A DNA stretch of 64,000 nt from Sphyrna mokarran (Eukaryota): NCBI GenBank assembly GCA_024679065.1, contig JAGIQG010000004.1, positions 90,396,001 through 90,460,000 on the forward strand, read 5' to 3'. The position numbers were made by a program, and so were the translations under genes. The number at the start of each line of letters is the position of its first letter. Positions within the stretch are counted from its first letter, which is position 1. Shown here piece after piece: positions 46,946 through 59,384 of this stretch. The notes under the pieces were generated by a model, which did no database searches, was not told where the DNA came from, and saw only the letters and a program-made list of their open reading frames with translations.

Positions 46946-48539
46946 GACTGAAAGAAGTAGAAAATATGCTATAATTGTTTAATAAATTGCAGAATACTAT
47001 ATATTAAGATAAACTAGTCAAGATGATGTTTTAAAAAAACTCTATTCTGGAACAATTGACTCAGTTAGTGTCTGAAATGTATAGTGTAGTCCCAAGTTGA
47101 TGGGGATCATTTACATTTGGTACTGGCTAGATTGGAATTTTTAAAACATTTTTAAATGGGTGCCAGGACTGATCAAAGATCTGACCTTTAGACTAGAATT
47201 TGAGTTGTGGTGTTTATGGTAATGTCAGAACTTATTTGTGAGAGCTTCTCTTGAGTAACGGACAAGAATTTGGGTTGCCTTCCAAAATTGGCTGTTAGTG
47301 TATCCCCAACTTCCTGTTCAAATTTAGGTGACAGAGACTTCAACCCTTTTTGCACGAAGCCCACAGGCTATGGCAATGGGCCATTACAATGGTGAAAATA
47401 TTAACTTGATGTAAGCTGTTGCTGGTATGTATCATTTTGTGTTGGGGAGGTAATCTGTTGATAGGAATATTGGGGAAATACCATTGAGAATTGTTGGGAT
47501 TGGCCACGTGTCTAAGCTGCAGGTTCTTATGCTACAAAATCCAGTATGGGAGACCATCAAAATGCTGTGTTAGTAGTATTTGATCATTCCAATAGTTATG
47601 GCTTTATACTAATGTATTTATTCCTTTCATCTGTAGTTCATTAACTCTTATCCCAAGTTCCCCTTCAGACAGCCAAGTGCCTCTCAGCTGTTTCCATTCT
47701 GACTTTGAACCACACCTGATTTTTAACTGCCAAGTGCATAAATTTTACTGGAAAGTTTACTTTTTGAAACATGAGCGCCTCAAAGCTCCCACTTGATTCC
47801 GTTGCTAGCAGGTCTGCTTGCTCCTGCCTCTCAAACAGCCACTGCAGTATCTGTCCAGGCTGCTAGTGTGTTTGCTGCTCAGGATGTGTGCTGCTTCGGC
47901 TGCACAACAAGAAAGATTTCAAGGTTGCAGCAAAGAGAAAAAAAAACAATACTTTACCAAGTGACCAGCGCACAAAACATTACGATAGGAATGTTAAATG
48001 GCTGCAATGTCTGACTGCACAGCGTCTGTATTTTTGGCACTGCAGTTGCTACTTTATATCCAAAATGGTGTATGTGCAATGCACGTGCTCACACTACTGG
48101 TGTGGGTCCTCCTGGACACCATCTTGGGGAACATGTAACGTTGATTGACTTAAGCAGTACCATTTTTGACCAGAATGATCCAGCTAATGCCTTCTCTTAA
48201 CCTCACACAACTGAACATTTATTCAGTAGTAGGAAGGACCCACCCATCAAAGCAATTTAAAGGGATCATTAACCACTTCTAGGTTTGTTACTGATTGATT
48301 TAAGTTAGCTGCCGCTGAGTTACTGGAAATGTTTAGTGGGATGTGTTGTCATTAAAAGTTGCTGAAATTTACAGCTGTAGTACTTGCTTATGCCTTGATT
48401 CAGAGGTCAAAGCTTTGTTTGGACCAAATGATCCCAATACTATAGTTTCAAAGCCCTTTGGCCTGTAGCATGACACAGAGAATGAACAAAGCAATGCTAA
48501 GGTGGACAAGGTGCTCAAAGAGGAAGGAGAAGGAGGGAG

Positions 48540-48926
48540 AGAAGGGCTCCCAGCTGGAGGCCATGCCCACCCAAGATTATCAATGGAAAAGTTTTCTATC
48601 TCAGCAAAGAACGGTGCATCTGATACCTTTGTTTCACAAATAAATGTCTGCATGTGAATAGGGATTATTTCCAACATCTGGCAGTTCACCATTCACTGTC
48701 ATATTAAGGAAGTGGCTGACACAGTGTATACAAAGAGAGGAATACATTGCATTTTGCCATTCCGGAGAGAAGGAATTGAAGTGAGCATCTGGCTTTGCTA
48801 GGACCGCAGGCTTCTTTTCCCATGGTGCAGAATGCCATTGATCATATATACAGTGCTTTGTGGGTTTTGTATCTAAATTCAGAGATGTACCACAATTGCA
48901 AAAGGTTTCATTCCCTCAATGTGCAG
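48540..48926 (+). pseudogene. HARBI1-like Harbinger transposase N-terminal half
   Basis: IHCHIKEVADTVY, GFARTAG, and (ORF 48795-48983) FPMVQNAIDHIYSAL...YHNCKRFHSLNVQ match FP.V.GAIDCTH...NRKGFHSLNVQ. The match stops abruptly after NVQ. Confidence 0.85.
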
Positions 48927-49269
48927 ACCATTGGGCTGAGAATGGGGATTGGGGTGGCTTCCACTGTTAATGCTGTAGGATGAGCTGATTATGGACATCC
49001 CAGCTGGAAAGGAGATGTGTTGATTGTGTCTCTCTCTAGACTCATTGCTCAATGATCTGCTTGCAGACATTTCATATGGCCCTCAGTGTGCACATGCTCT
49101 CTAGGTGTGCATCTATTATAAATTCGTGAATCAGGTAATCAGAAGATCACCTTTGTCACTCATTAAGCACCCTCTGATCTCTCATGGTGGCTTAGGAACT
49201 GGCTCAATGCGCTGCTTGGTGTGCTGGTGGTGCAATTGCTAGAGTGTGGCATTTGGAGATACATGGATT

Positions 49270-49465
49270 CATTGTGACCACTTATCTGAGATTATTGCAC
49301 ATCTTTCAACACTGCATCCAGGTCCTTGGGGCTCCATTGCTGACATTCTGTTCCCTTCTCAGAGTTTGTCTGGAGGGCTTTCTGATCCCTGTGGTCTTCC
49401 TGTCCACCTCCTCCACCAGGGCTGCATCAGAGAAACTTGAAGTCCACTGTTTGCCATGTTATGCA
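49270..49465 (-). pseudogene. Harbinger Myb/SANT gene relic
   Basis: Minus strand reads SFSDAALVEEVDRK...RKPSRQTLRRE...APRTWMQC*KMCNNL. Confidence 0.8.
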
Positions 49466-51588
49466 ATGTTTGTGCCTTTCCCACGCCATTCTGAGTTCTA
49501 GAATTCCTTCCAGCATCTGCTGTAGCCAATGTACACCCTGCTTTTTAGAGATGCAGGCTTTGAAGAGTGCAGGCTAGCTCTAACCTGAGGTGAACTCCCA
49601 TGATTTTTGCACCCTTTTTTTAGGGCATGCGTTCACTCAAAAACATGTCTAGCACTGACTGCATGCTGCCATTATTTAAATGAGTCGGAATTACTGCTTT
49701 CTTGTGAAGCAGGGACACAGGTTAAAGGTACATCAGAAGCCCTATGTATCAAACTTCTTTTGCCTCCTTTATGTCTACAGTACAGTGTGGAAGATAGCAA
49801 AATAATGGCTTGCTGGTTGTAAAGGTAATGACAAAGGGGAATCCCTCAAATTATAATAACTAAAACCAGTAAGGACTGATATTAGAAGTAAATACTTTAT
49901 ATTGATAACAGGTAAATAATATATTTTTTAATGACAGGAAGTAGTTAATGTGGAGACCATTTGTTTTTCAGAGAAAATTAATAAGCAGAGTTGGACACAA
50001 GTCAGAGAGATTTGGATTGACCAAGAAGTAAGTTAATGCACGCACAATTGACCCCTTTGTGAACCACATGATAAGGCAATGGAAAAGAGCAGCCACCTAG
50101 GCCTCATGTTTATTTGGTCCATCAAGCCCACATCTTCCTTCAGATAGTGTATAATTTTACTGTCAGAGATTGTCCTCTCTTTATGTAACCACCTTACAGA
50201 GTTAAATTACCATGTAAAAGTTGTAAGAATGGAAACAATAGAAATTCTCCCTGACATTAAAGTTAATAGCTCAAGAATTCCAGAACCAGAATGGAAACCT
50301 ACCATTATTCACTGTTACTTAATTCACGCTACAGGATTGTCCTTTCAAACATGGATGTAAAAAAGAGTGATTGATCATCAAGTTCAAAGTGGGTGTGATT
50401 GTGTTAAAAACTACCATGGGGTCACCAGTTCCATAAATATTTCCAAACTAAACTTTCAAGCTGTTACTTGGTTGGAAAATTCCCTGAGCAGGGCCAGGTA
50501 GATCCAAACTACAGTCTTAAGGAGAGAGTGCCCCAGTCTCATGGATGGTCTGATAATTAGCCTAGGAACATTTGAATGATTTGGAAGAGGCTTCTGCTGG
50601 GTTTCAGGACAGTATTACCTATTTCAAGCCCACAAATAGTGCTATAAAGGCACTTTTCTTTGAAGATGTGTATGGCTTTCTCCAGCTGCTGGGTTTCGTG
50701 AGGTTAAGAAACCCAGCTGTCCACAATAAAACACGCAAAACAGGTTATGTCAGAAGCTGCCAGCCTCATTAACAAACTTAGTACAACAGCTTGGGCATTG
50801 TTGGGGTGTGGAATGTTTTATCACAGAGAATAGTTGCTGTAGGGATCATTGCAATATCTCAGAGTAAATGAGGAAATGTTTGAAAACGTTAGACAAAGTT
50901 GTTAATGCAGAGAGTGGCGTTGTCAACCCAAGATGGCTCCTATGACATTGTTTCCTGTCTTCAAATAGATAAAGTAGCAGTTATACAAAAACTGAGTATT
51001 GAAAAGGGAATAACAACAGTATTATTAAGGTGATCTATTTCACTGATCTTCTGAGTGCAGGAATAACTGTCAGGTTATATGGTGAGATACTAGAAGCTAT
51101 TCTTTTTGGTAATGTTTTTATACAGAATGATCTGTATTAGTTAAGAAGTAAACCATCTACTTGTCCATCTGCCCTTAGACCTGGTGAGGCCCTTAGGTGG
51201 CTAATTATTGTTCCCGTTAGGCCCTCAATCTACCTGCACTGCCACAAATATACTGGGCTGTGGAGGGCGGGTGAGAATAGGAAGACCAACATTTCACCGA
51301 AGTTGTCGAAAGGAGGAAGGAAGTGGGGGAGGTGTGAATGATGCATCCTTTTGTGGGGTGACCTGTATGCCTTGGGGATAACCCCCTATGATAATACCTC
51401 CCCACCTGATCTCCTTCGAGCAGAGAAGGTTAGAAGCAGATTTGACTGAATGTTCAAGTTCATGATGACATGACAAAATTAATAAAGAATAACTATTTCC
51501 TGAGGCTGATCAATAACCAGGGAAAACAGATTTCAAGTGATTGGCAAAAGAACGAGAGGCAACATGAGGAAATAATTTTTTAAGCAGT

Positions 51589-51692
51589 TGCTGGAATTTT
51601 TCCGGATCGCATGCCCGAACTCGTAATATCCCCTCAAGGCCAATGGAGAATGCCATTCTGTGAGTCTCAGGCAAGGTGGTAAAATTCCAGCC
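51589..51692. mobile_element. 104-bp Harbinger-like MITE
   Basis: TIRs TGCTGGAATTTTTCC and revcomp GGCTGGAATTTTACC. TSD AGT at 51586-51588 and 51693-51695. The host CR1 sequence resumes on removal. Confidence 0.85.
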
Positions 51693-51762
51693 AGTGTGTT
51701 GTGATGTGGAATACACTGCCTGAAAGTGTATGGGATCAGATTTAACTTCACTTTCAAAGTGA

Positions 51763-52105
51763 GGGTGGCATGGTAGCACAGTGGTTAGCACTGCTGCCTC
51801 ACAGCTCCAGGTACCTAGGTTTGAATTCTGGTTCGGGTCACTCTCTGCGTGGAGTTTACACATTCTCCCTGTGTATGCATGGATTTCTTTCGGGTGTTCT
51901 GGTTTCCTCCCGCATTCCAAAGATGAGCGGGCTAGGTTGATTGGCCATTCTAAATTGTCCCTTTCTGTCTCGGGATCCATTGGTTAAAGGGATTAGTGGG
52001 TAAATATGTAGAAATATGGGGATAGCGCCTAGGTGGGATTATGGTTGGCACAGAATTGATGGGCCAAATGGACTCTTTCTGTACTGTAGGATTCTATAAT
52101 TCTAT
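51763..52105 (+). mobile_element. Full-length HE1 SINE
   Basis: GGGTGGCATGGTAGCACAGTGGTTAGCACTGCTGCCTCACAGCTCCAGG...GGATTCTATAATTCTAT. Confidence 0.9.
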
Positions 52106-52971
52106 TGAGAAAGGGCAAGGGAATTGAACTAATTGGACAACTCAATCCTAAGAGACAAAATCACAGCAGTCGAACTGCCTCCTTCTGTGGTGTATCATTC
52201 TTTGACTTTAGTATCTTATGATGATGCCAGCATATATGTGATCATATGGCAATTATCTGAAATTATGATCTTATGAACTGTTTAAAAGTTACATTAGCAA
52301 CTTCCTGATGTAACCCAGGATCAGTGTTTAGACACTCAGAGCTTTAGTATAATCTACCAATGCCTATGTTGTGTTGTGCCTATGTTCTCGGGTGAGAAAT
52401 GATCTTCTCAGTTTATCATGTCCTGTTGTCCTCAAATTAGCACTATAGCAGCAAGTCTTCAACAGCAAATGAATTGTATTGAAGGTTTTGACACAACCCA
52501 CCCAAAATGAAGTTATCTTTTAAAAAATGATGTAACTGAAGCAGTCTGGATGAGAATGGACTTCAGGGCTAGTTGGTCACCCTTAATACCACTGAAAACG
52601 AAGGTTGTCATGGTCTTTCAGTTTTGTATCATGGGGACCATTCAGGTACTAACAGGATTCAGTCACTTTGAAATTAGAATGCTCCATTAAGGGAGGAATT
52701 AATACACCAGTGTACACTTCAGCAGAAACCGACTGAAGCAGCTGAGGTTTTTCCAATATTTAACCACTTCATGGTTTGGGGCATCATGGATAGGCTGCAC
52801 AAAGCATTCCAGTATACACATGGGGCACAACATTACCGGCACACCAAGCTGATCGATAGCTGCAGTGAGTCGGGAAGGTACCACAGGAGGAGAAAATAGC
52901 ACAAATTAGTTTGCTGTGGTCCCAGTCCAATGAGAATGGAGCTTATCTAAAATAAGAGGACTTATTAACGT

Positions 52972-53467
52972 TGGCATGGCTTTTTCCCGCCACTGCCTCA
53001 TTAGCAGGATGTCACATTGACGAGAATTGGGGATCAGGTGTCGTGGCTATGCCAGGGGATTTGGAGGCCATTAAAGTCCCAGGGAGGCAGGGGGGCATGG
53101 CCAGGTAGTACCCATTAGGTAGTGGGGGTTGTCTGCAAGGGGATTAGTCAGTGGGGGGGGGGGAGGGGGGTGCTTTTTCAATGGGGTCTATGCAAGGGGG
53201 TGCTTTGCAAGGGGGTTTATGAAAGGAGTGGGGCACGTTGGGTGTCATGCAAGGGGAACTCATCGAGTGTGTCCCAATGCTGGTGACCCATGTGGGAGAA
53301 GGGGTGACAATGTCGCCAATGATGTGATGGGGGATTGGCCATGAAGCTCCCAGCTGTCAGAAAAATTGTCAGAGTGCTGGAAGCTTGCAGTGCCAAACTT
53401 GCTGAAAAGACTGGTGTGGAACATTCCCGTTTTCACACTTTTATGAAATTTAGGAAGATTACCCCCA
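52972..53467. mobile_element. Non-autonomous Harbinger-like element
   Basis: Right end AAAAGACTGGTGTGG...GTTTTCACAC...AGGAAGATTACCCCC is homologous to the ends at 4638 and 31056. G-rich interior. Left end degenerate. Confidence 0.6.
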
Positions 53468-54089
53468 TGGCTTTCAATCACCAGCACATCAACAAGGTTC
53501 TGAATGATCAGAATGGATCAAATGATCAAACAAATGGAGCAAGTTCTTTAGAATAAATATTGATGGTTACAGATAGGAGCTGTGCAATGCAACTGAGGCT
53601 GATAACCCCTCCTGTGTAACCCTTTTACAGTGCATGTGTGTAACATTTGGGATGTGACTTATTTTGCTTTGCAGTTCTGATTCATTATGAGCTTTCCCTC
53701 TTTATTTTTTATGGGAAACTAGTTAACCTTTGAACAAGTAATGCTTTACTTTGTGTGAGGAGAGCAGATGGAAGATTATGAGGTGAATTCTAACGTGGGT
53801 GAGCACATGGGTTTGGGTGTGAGGGTGGTGGGGGATGTAGGCTTGAAATCTGGGAGAAATGTTAGTACACCAGGAAGTCACCTCCAGACTACCAACTTTT
53901 ACATTTAACTGCAGCGTCTTAGACTGTGTGCAAGAAGTCAAACGCAGGAAGCCAATCATGTTTTTAACCGAGTCTCAAGAGCTGTATGTGAAAAACCAGT
54001 GACATTAGTTGGAGAAATTGATTATCAATTTCATTATGTAAAAAGATTAAATGCAGTGATATTAGCATGGGTTTTGAAGCTTAGTGTTT

Positions 54090-56247
54090 GGCTCTACAAG
54101 TTTTCAGGGCTTCATTTTCATCCTTGTCCTTTTCATGACCCGGTCACACTTCGCAACTAACTCTGAGCTAGAAAGCACTTTGTTGCACCAAATGGCCAAG
54201 GTTAACTTATCAGCTACCTTATTCAAGGTGTTATTCTGCAAGCATTGGTGAAGGGCTGCATGCGCACGTGTTTGATAGTTCAGATTGGTGATCAACTGCA
54301 TCATGGCCATGCATTGTAATGTGGCAGCACGTTATATATTTCTTGCTGCTCCTGCAGAAGTATTTTGTTCACTGATGGTCTTTAAGGTACAGCATCTATG
54401 TTCAGTTAAACAGAGCTTTTAGTGTCCTGAGCTATCTGCTTGGACTCTGTGCTGCTGCTCCTGTCTCTCTACAGTCTGGTCTTTTGTGATGTTTGAACCA
54501 CCAGGTGAAAACCCAGCTATCTGTCTTATTGATCCACTGACTCCTGCATAACGTGCAGAGTCCTGTGATGATATATCCCCAGCATGAGTGATCTCCTCTG
54601 AGGAGTTGCTTGTCAGTGACTTGCTAGACCATCTCCTGCAAGGTCTGTGATGGGCCCTGAGGGACATAAAGAACATGAATTAACACTATCAGGGAAAAAA
54701 GTTGGATAATTTCATATCATATGATGATATTTCACTCGCTGTTCGTATCAGCTTGACATGAATGAGTGCTATATGTATTGTGGGTATTAGATATTTAAAT
54801 TTGTTGCTAGGTAACTGGAAAGCCCCAGTCTCCGATGTCTAAGCACACTAAGACATTACGTATTTCCAGCACCTCCGTCACTGCATTTGGGCAGAGTTTA
54901 ATGCCAGTGGTAGTGCCCCTGAATGTTGGCAGGAAAACCAGGTCAATACCTGTGGCCTTTTCTGAGAGCACATTTGTGATTTTACCCCCATCGGGCCATT
55001 AACTGCTTGGTGTTCGGGCTGCTGTCCATATAGAGACTTGGATCCCAGATTTTTCTGCCAGTCAGAGGGCTAACACCTTTTCATTCCCCGCAGTACCACC
55101 AGCAATGGTAGCTCTTGTTGGGACTGCACTTGGACAAGGACAGCAAGCTGGAGCAGCCCCCAAACCCCGGTAAGTGGGTTGGGCTTACTGGACCCTGGCA
55201 GGGAGGACCTGGCAAAGGACAGGCATAGCTGAGAGCAAAGACAGTCTATCTATCTTTGACTGATAGAGACAGTCAAAGTCTCTATCTTTGACTTCATGTG
55301 GCAGTAGGATGCCATGCCAACAGTGGGAAAATTCATCTCTGGGCAGGAAGGCCAAAAGGGGCCCTTCCCACTCCTGATTGAAATGCATGGAATTGGGAGG
55401 GCATTGGATATGCCGCGCCGTCTTACCCCACCTTGACACTCATTCCCATGTATTGGATTAAATTCCATCCACTCGCTGTGAAGATACATCAAAGACCACA
55501 TCCCCATTCTCTGCCTCTCCCTCATGTTCTTTGCTCTCTGCATACTCTGGAGAATATCTCTTTCGGGTGAAGATAAAAGATAAAGGCTGAATGTCAGTGA
55601 TGGATGGATTGGTGGGGATGTTGGGAAGTACATAGACAGAGAGGGATATATGTACCAGCAAGCTAAGTTGGTGTGAGGAGTGATGTACTGGACTCAGTTT
55701 GGGATGACAGTGTAAGGGAGTTGAGTGAACACACACAACAGGGTATATAGGCGAATGAACCATTGCTATCATCTTTCCTGCAATGCTTAGGTCATTAAAT
55801 CACATCTTACATCAGATGCAGAAATGTAGCATCATGCTCATGTGGCTGACCAACTCCAACCACACCTTCTTGATGTCCACAACAAGTCATTTCCTCCTGT
55901 TTCTCAAGAGCAGTACATCATTTATAAATCTTTATCACCCCCAGCCGCACATCCCCAGACAATCATCAACAGATTGAGGCACAGTCTTTTTGGACTCTAT
56001 TCTCTTCCCTTGACACCCAAGATCAAACTCCTTCAAATTGTATGGTTAGAATGTCCCTTTAAATACTGAAGTTGAAATCATGTCAAGTGTGGCATGGTCA
56101 TACAAACTGATGCTGATTGGTTGGAAAAGCTGGAACTCCTATGGTAATGCAATGTGTGGGTTAACCAGCCACACTGACTTCCATGTTTACTGCATTACTT
56201 ATGGATTCCCAACACCCCACTGCTTTACTATCTTAAAATCCAGTCCT
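54090..56247 (-). mobile_element. Harbinger relic carrying the multi-exon Myb/SANT gene
   Basis: Minus strand 55785-55925 reads DVLLLRNRRK*...KKVWLELVS...CKM*FNDLS. An exon-2-like RAKNMRERQRMG follows near 55500-55545, and an acceptor-led third segment lies at 54419-54656. TIR-like end revcomp GGACTGGATTTT at about 56247. Confidence 0.65.
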
Positions 56248-57217
56248 GTGAGTTAATTTAGAGATTTAATTATCATATTACCATCTCAAATGTATTGAAG
56301 AATTATTATTTGAAGTGCATTATGATTAATTGATGTTATTTGTGAATGCAAACAATGTTTTTAGGGTCAATGCATTATTTTTCAATGTATGGGCTTTTTG
56401 TGAGGGCTTTTGAAAAAAGAAAAGTTTCTTACACTTTTCATAAGAAGAAGAATTTTCATATCGTTCTCTCTCGAAATGAGCTTACCACTATCTGACTTTT
56501 GAATGAATTCTCTCAGATTATATACGTGTCCCCAAGCAACTTTCACAGGGAACATTGACTGAGTTTACTCTGATTGACGGAAGGATTGATGATTGACCTC
56601 GCATGTTGAAACTGCTGCTTGTTTATGTTTCTTCAGCATAATATTGTAAGCCAAACAGGAAATAACCAATTGAATGCAGCTGACATTTCTGCTAATTGTT
56701 CACCAATTCATTGCTGTATGCCTTTCTGATTGCTAATGATTAAGATTTTCTGGACAAGAATGTCATTTAAGATTGATTTGCCCTCAGTTCTGTACCCTTA
56801 TTTTGATCCTTCAATAACTTTTATCCACTTTACCCAGGAGATTGGGAGGGTCAGAAGAGAGTGTTGGTTTTCCAGTTTTATCACTGAGCCAGAAGTATTC
56901 ACTGGAGTGTGGAGTCAGCCCGATCCTTTCCTCTTATGTTCATTTTCCTTCAGCAATCCCTGCAGTGGAAAACATGATAATGGACCCCAGAGTGCCTCAG
57001 GTTTCACTTCGTTGAGACCAGCGAGTTGAAGACGCTTGCAGAAGAGAATTTAAACATTGTGCTGCTACAGTTCAGTCCTGGGCAATGGACTGATAGGGAT
57101 AGATAAGGGAAGAGCTTAGGAATATGTCAGAATGTGGGAGCGTGGGACAATTGGTGGGGGTGAGAGTGCATCTGACAGTGGAGTCAGGGTGAGCATTCCT
57201 GCTCTACATAATATCAT

Positions 57218-57358
57218 GATGTGGAGATGATGGTGTTGGACTGGGGTAAACACAGTAAGAAGTCTCACAACACCAGGTTAAAGTCCAACAATTTATTTGA
57301 TAGTAAACTCACAAGCTTTCGGGGTTTGCCATTTCGTCAGGTAAATGGAGAGTTCTGG
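57218..57358 (-). mobile_element. Penelope pLTR fragment with hammerhead core
   Basis: Homologous to 25750-25888. Minus strand 57310-57343 reads UAC-CUGACGA-AAUGGCAAACCCC-GAAA-GC-UU-GUG, with core boxes intact and stem II decayed. Confidence 0.8.
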
Positions 57359-57399
57359 CCTCATAATATCAGCCGTGGCTCAGCTAGTTACCACCTTCT

Positions 57400-57503
57400 A
57401 GTACAACACTGACTATACTTCAAGAGTACTTCATTGTCGCTAAAGAACTTTACATGTTGTGGGGTTGTGAAAAGTGCTTTATAAATGCAAGCCTTTCGTT
57501 CTT
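57400..57503 (+). mobile_element. Deu-SINE/L2-type 3' tail fragment
   Basis: ACAACACTGACTATACTTCAAGAGTACTTCATTG...GTGAAAAGTGCTTTATAAATGCAAGCCTTTC is homologous to 4845-4935. Confidence 0.65.
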
Positions 57504-58604
57504 TAACATTCAGGTAAAAGATTTCAAAATACTTAACTGTTTGATAGCAGCCCTCAATGATCCTTTTAAAGGTTACTTGTTAGACTGCATGTAAATCACA
57601 ATTTCCTGTACTCAGTCATCTTAGCATCTGTGGCAGTCCAGTTTTGCAAATTGTCTCAAACAGATGTTAGGAATGCTGTCTGCACACACCCATGGGCTAA
57701 AGCAAGTTTGAGACACAGATTCTAGCTTTCTCTTTCTCTACTTTTACCAGTATGGCAGGCAGCATACTTCTAGCACATATGACCATGTGTGTCCAGTCCA
57801 GTACATTAACCTTAGACACCCATTTTACACCTGAGTTAGCAATTCACTGCAGGGCAACATTTAATAAATTACAGAATGACTTCAATTAATCAAAACAACA
57901 GTAATGTATGAGCAAGAATGGAAGCCAACAAATATTGTTCCAAAATTCTTCTTTTAAAATGCTATAGTTTAGTGGAGGAGGTGAATCTTTCATTGAAAAA
58001 CTCACCACATTGGCACCAGAATGGGACTGGATCATATGGAATCCATTAAAACATGTTCAGACACATTTTAGTTTTGCCTGGTCTATTGTTAGGCTTGTAT
58101 GAATGTCACTGGAAGGCACAGACTCATAACGCATTCTCCAAGTTATTAAAATGATTTTGTCTCATATTTATGGCACACATTTTGATTCCAGATGTTTATA
58201 GAATATACACAACAGCAGGCAACAGAGAGTTGGGAAAGGAGACTGTGACCCTTTCTCCGCAGCCAATCTGTAGAATATTAAGTTGAGATTTTAGTGGGTA
58301 GGACGATTGCATTTTCAAAGCCTAATTTTAACTTTGAGTGGAATTGAGAGGCTGGAACAAGTAAGGGGACCATTCTCATGTTGGCACCATGAGGCTCGGG
58401 CTGCTTTAACACAGGGGTTTCTCTTCATCAGGATGATGGGCTGTCAACCAGGTCGTTTCATGAAAAACGGAGCCCTCCACTTTTTGCATTCTATCCCCAG
58501 TAAGCTGTATGAGGCCTATTTAAAGTTTTGGCATTTCACTAGCTAAGCACTACAAGGAGACCATACTTAAAAGTCAATTAGAAATTGTTTGGAGGAGGTG
58601 TTGA

Positions 58605-58908
58605 TCATAAAACCCACCCAGTGCAGAAGGCCAATCAAACCTGCACTGACCACAATCCCATCCAGGCCATAACCCTATAAGCCTACATATTTACCCGACT
58701 AATATCCTAACATTAAAGCTCAACTTACCGTGGCCAATCAACCTGACCCACACATCTTTGGACCATGGGAGAAAACTGGACCACCTGGAGAAAACCCATG
58801 CAGACACAGAGTGAGTATGCAAACTCCACACAGACAGTGACCCAAGGCCAGAATTGAACCTGGGTCTCTGGAGTTGTGAGGAGGTAATGCTGACCACTGT
58901 GTTACCCA
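58605..58908 (-). mobile_element. HE1 SINE
   Basis: Revcomp of the V-core CACATCTTTGGACC...GCAAACTCCACACAGACAGTGACCCAAGGCC plus the tRNA head. Confidence 0.87.
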
Positions 58909-59384
58909 TAAGTCAATGTAAGCAGAAATGTAATACTATTCCCCAACATTTGCAGGAGCATAACCACAGGATCTGAGTTCAATGCAGGAAATGATTCATT
59001 GCCTGCAGAAAAGCAGTAGTAATGACTAGAGCTCTTCATCACTTCATTTCTCTGAACAATACCTCTCAGTAGGTTCAGCAATTTCCTCTACTCCAGTTCA
59101 TCATTCAGCATCCAATGATAAGGGCATACAATATCATCTCTCCTCTCATACCAAATACAATTTCCTTTTCTTTCTGCACATCATTCACAAAAAGCATTCT
59201 ATTTTTACAACTGCAGACCAGAAACATCTCTCAGGACCTTTTCTTCACTCCACCTTTCATTTACTTAGCTTGCTACATATCTCCCCAAAGTAATTCTATC
59301 TTGCTCACCCTTTTATAGAAGGATATTATTAAATGAGAAAGAGTGCAGAAAAGATTTACCATGATGGTTCCGGGACTTACAGAG

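Larger units (their letters stand above)
51410..52205 (+). mobile_element. CR1 3' fragment interrupted by a MITE and an HE1
   Basis: GAGCAGAGAAGGTTAGAAGCAGATTTG...ATGAGGAAATAATTTTTTAAGCAG [MITE] TGTGTTGTGATGTGGAATACACTGCCTGAAAG [HE1] ...GCCTCCTTCTGTGGTGTATCATTC. Confidence 0.7.

Noticed and set aside
48540-49465. Domesticated HARBI1 or NAIF1/MSANTD host genes
   Set aside because: All copies have stops, frameshifts and deletions and occur multiply, so they are transposon relics. No gene symbols assigned.
51763-51840. tRNA genes suggested by A and B boxes (also 8282, 16023, 28085, 39801, 46670)
   Set aside because: Each continues into a V-SINE core and tail, so these are SINE heads rather than tRNA genes.
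54419-54676. Acceptor-led 85-aa ORF as a host terminal exon
   Set aside because: Its strand and position downstream of the Harbinger Myb exons fit a later exon of that transposon gene better. No host protein similarity was recognised.
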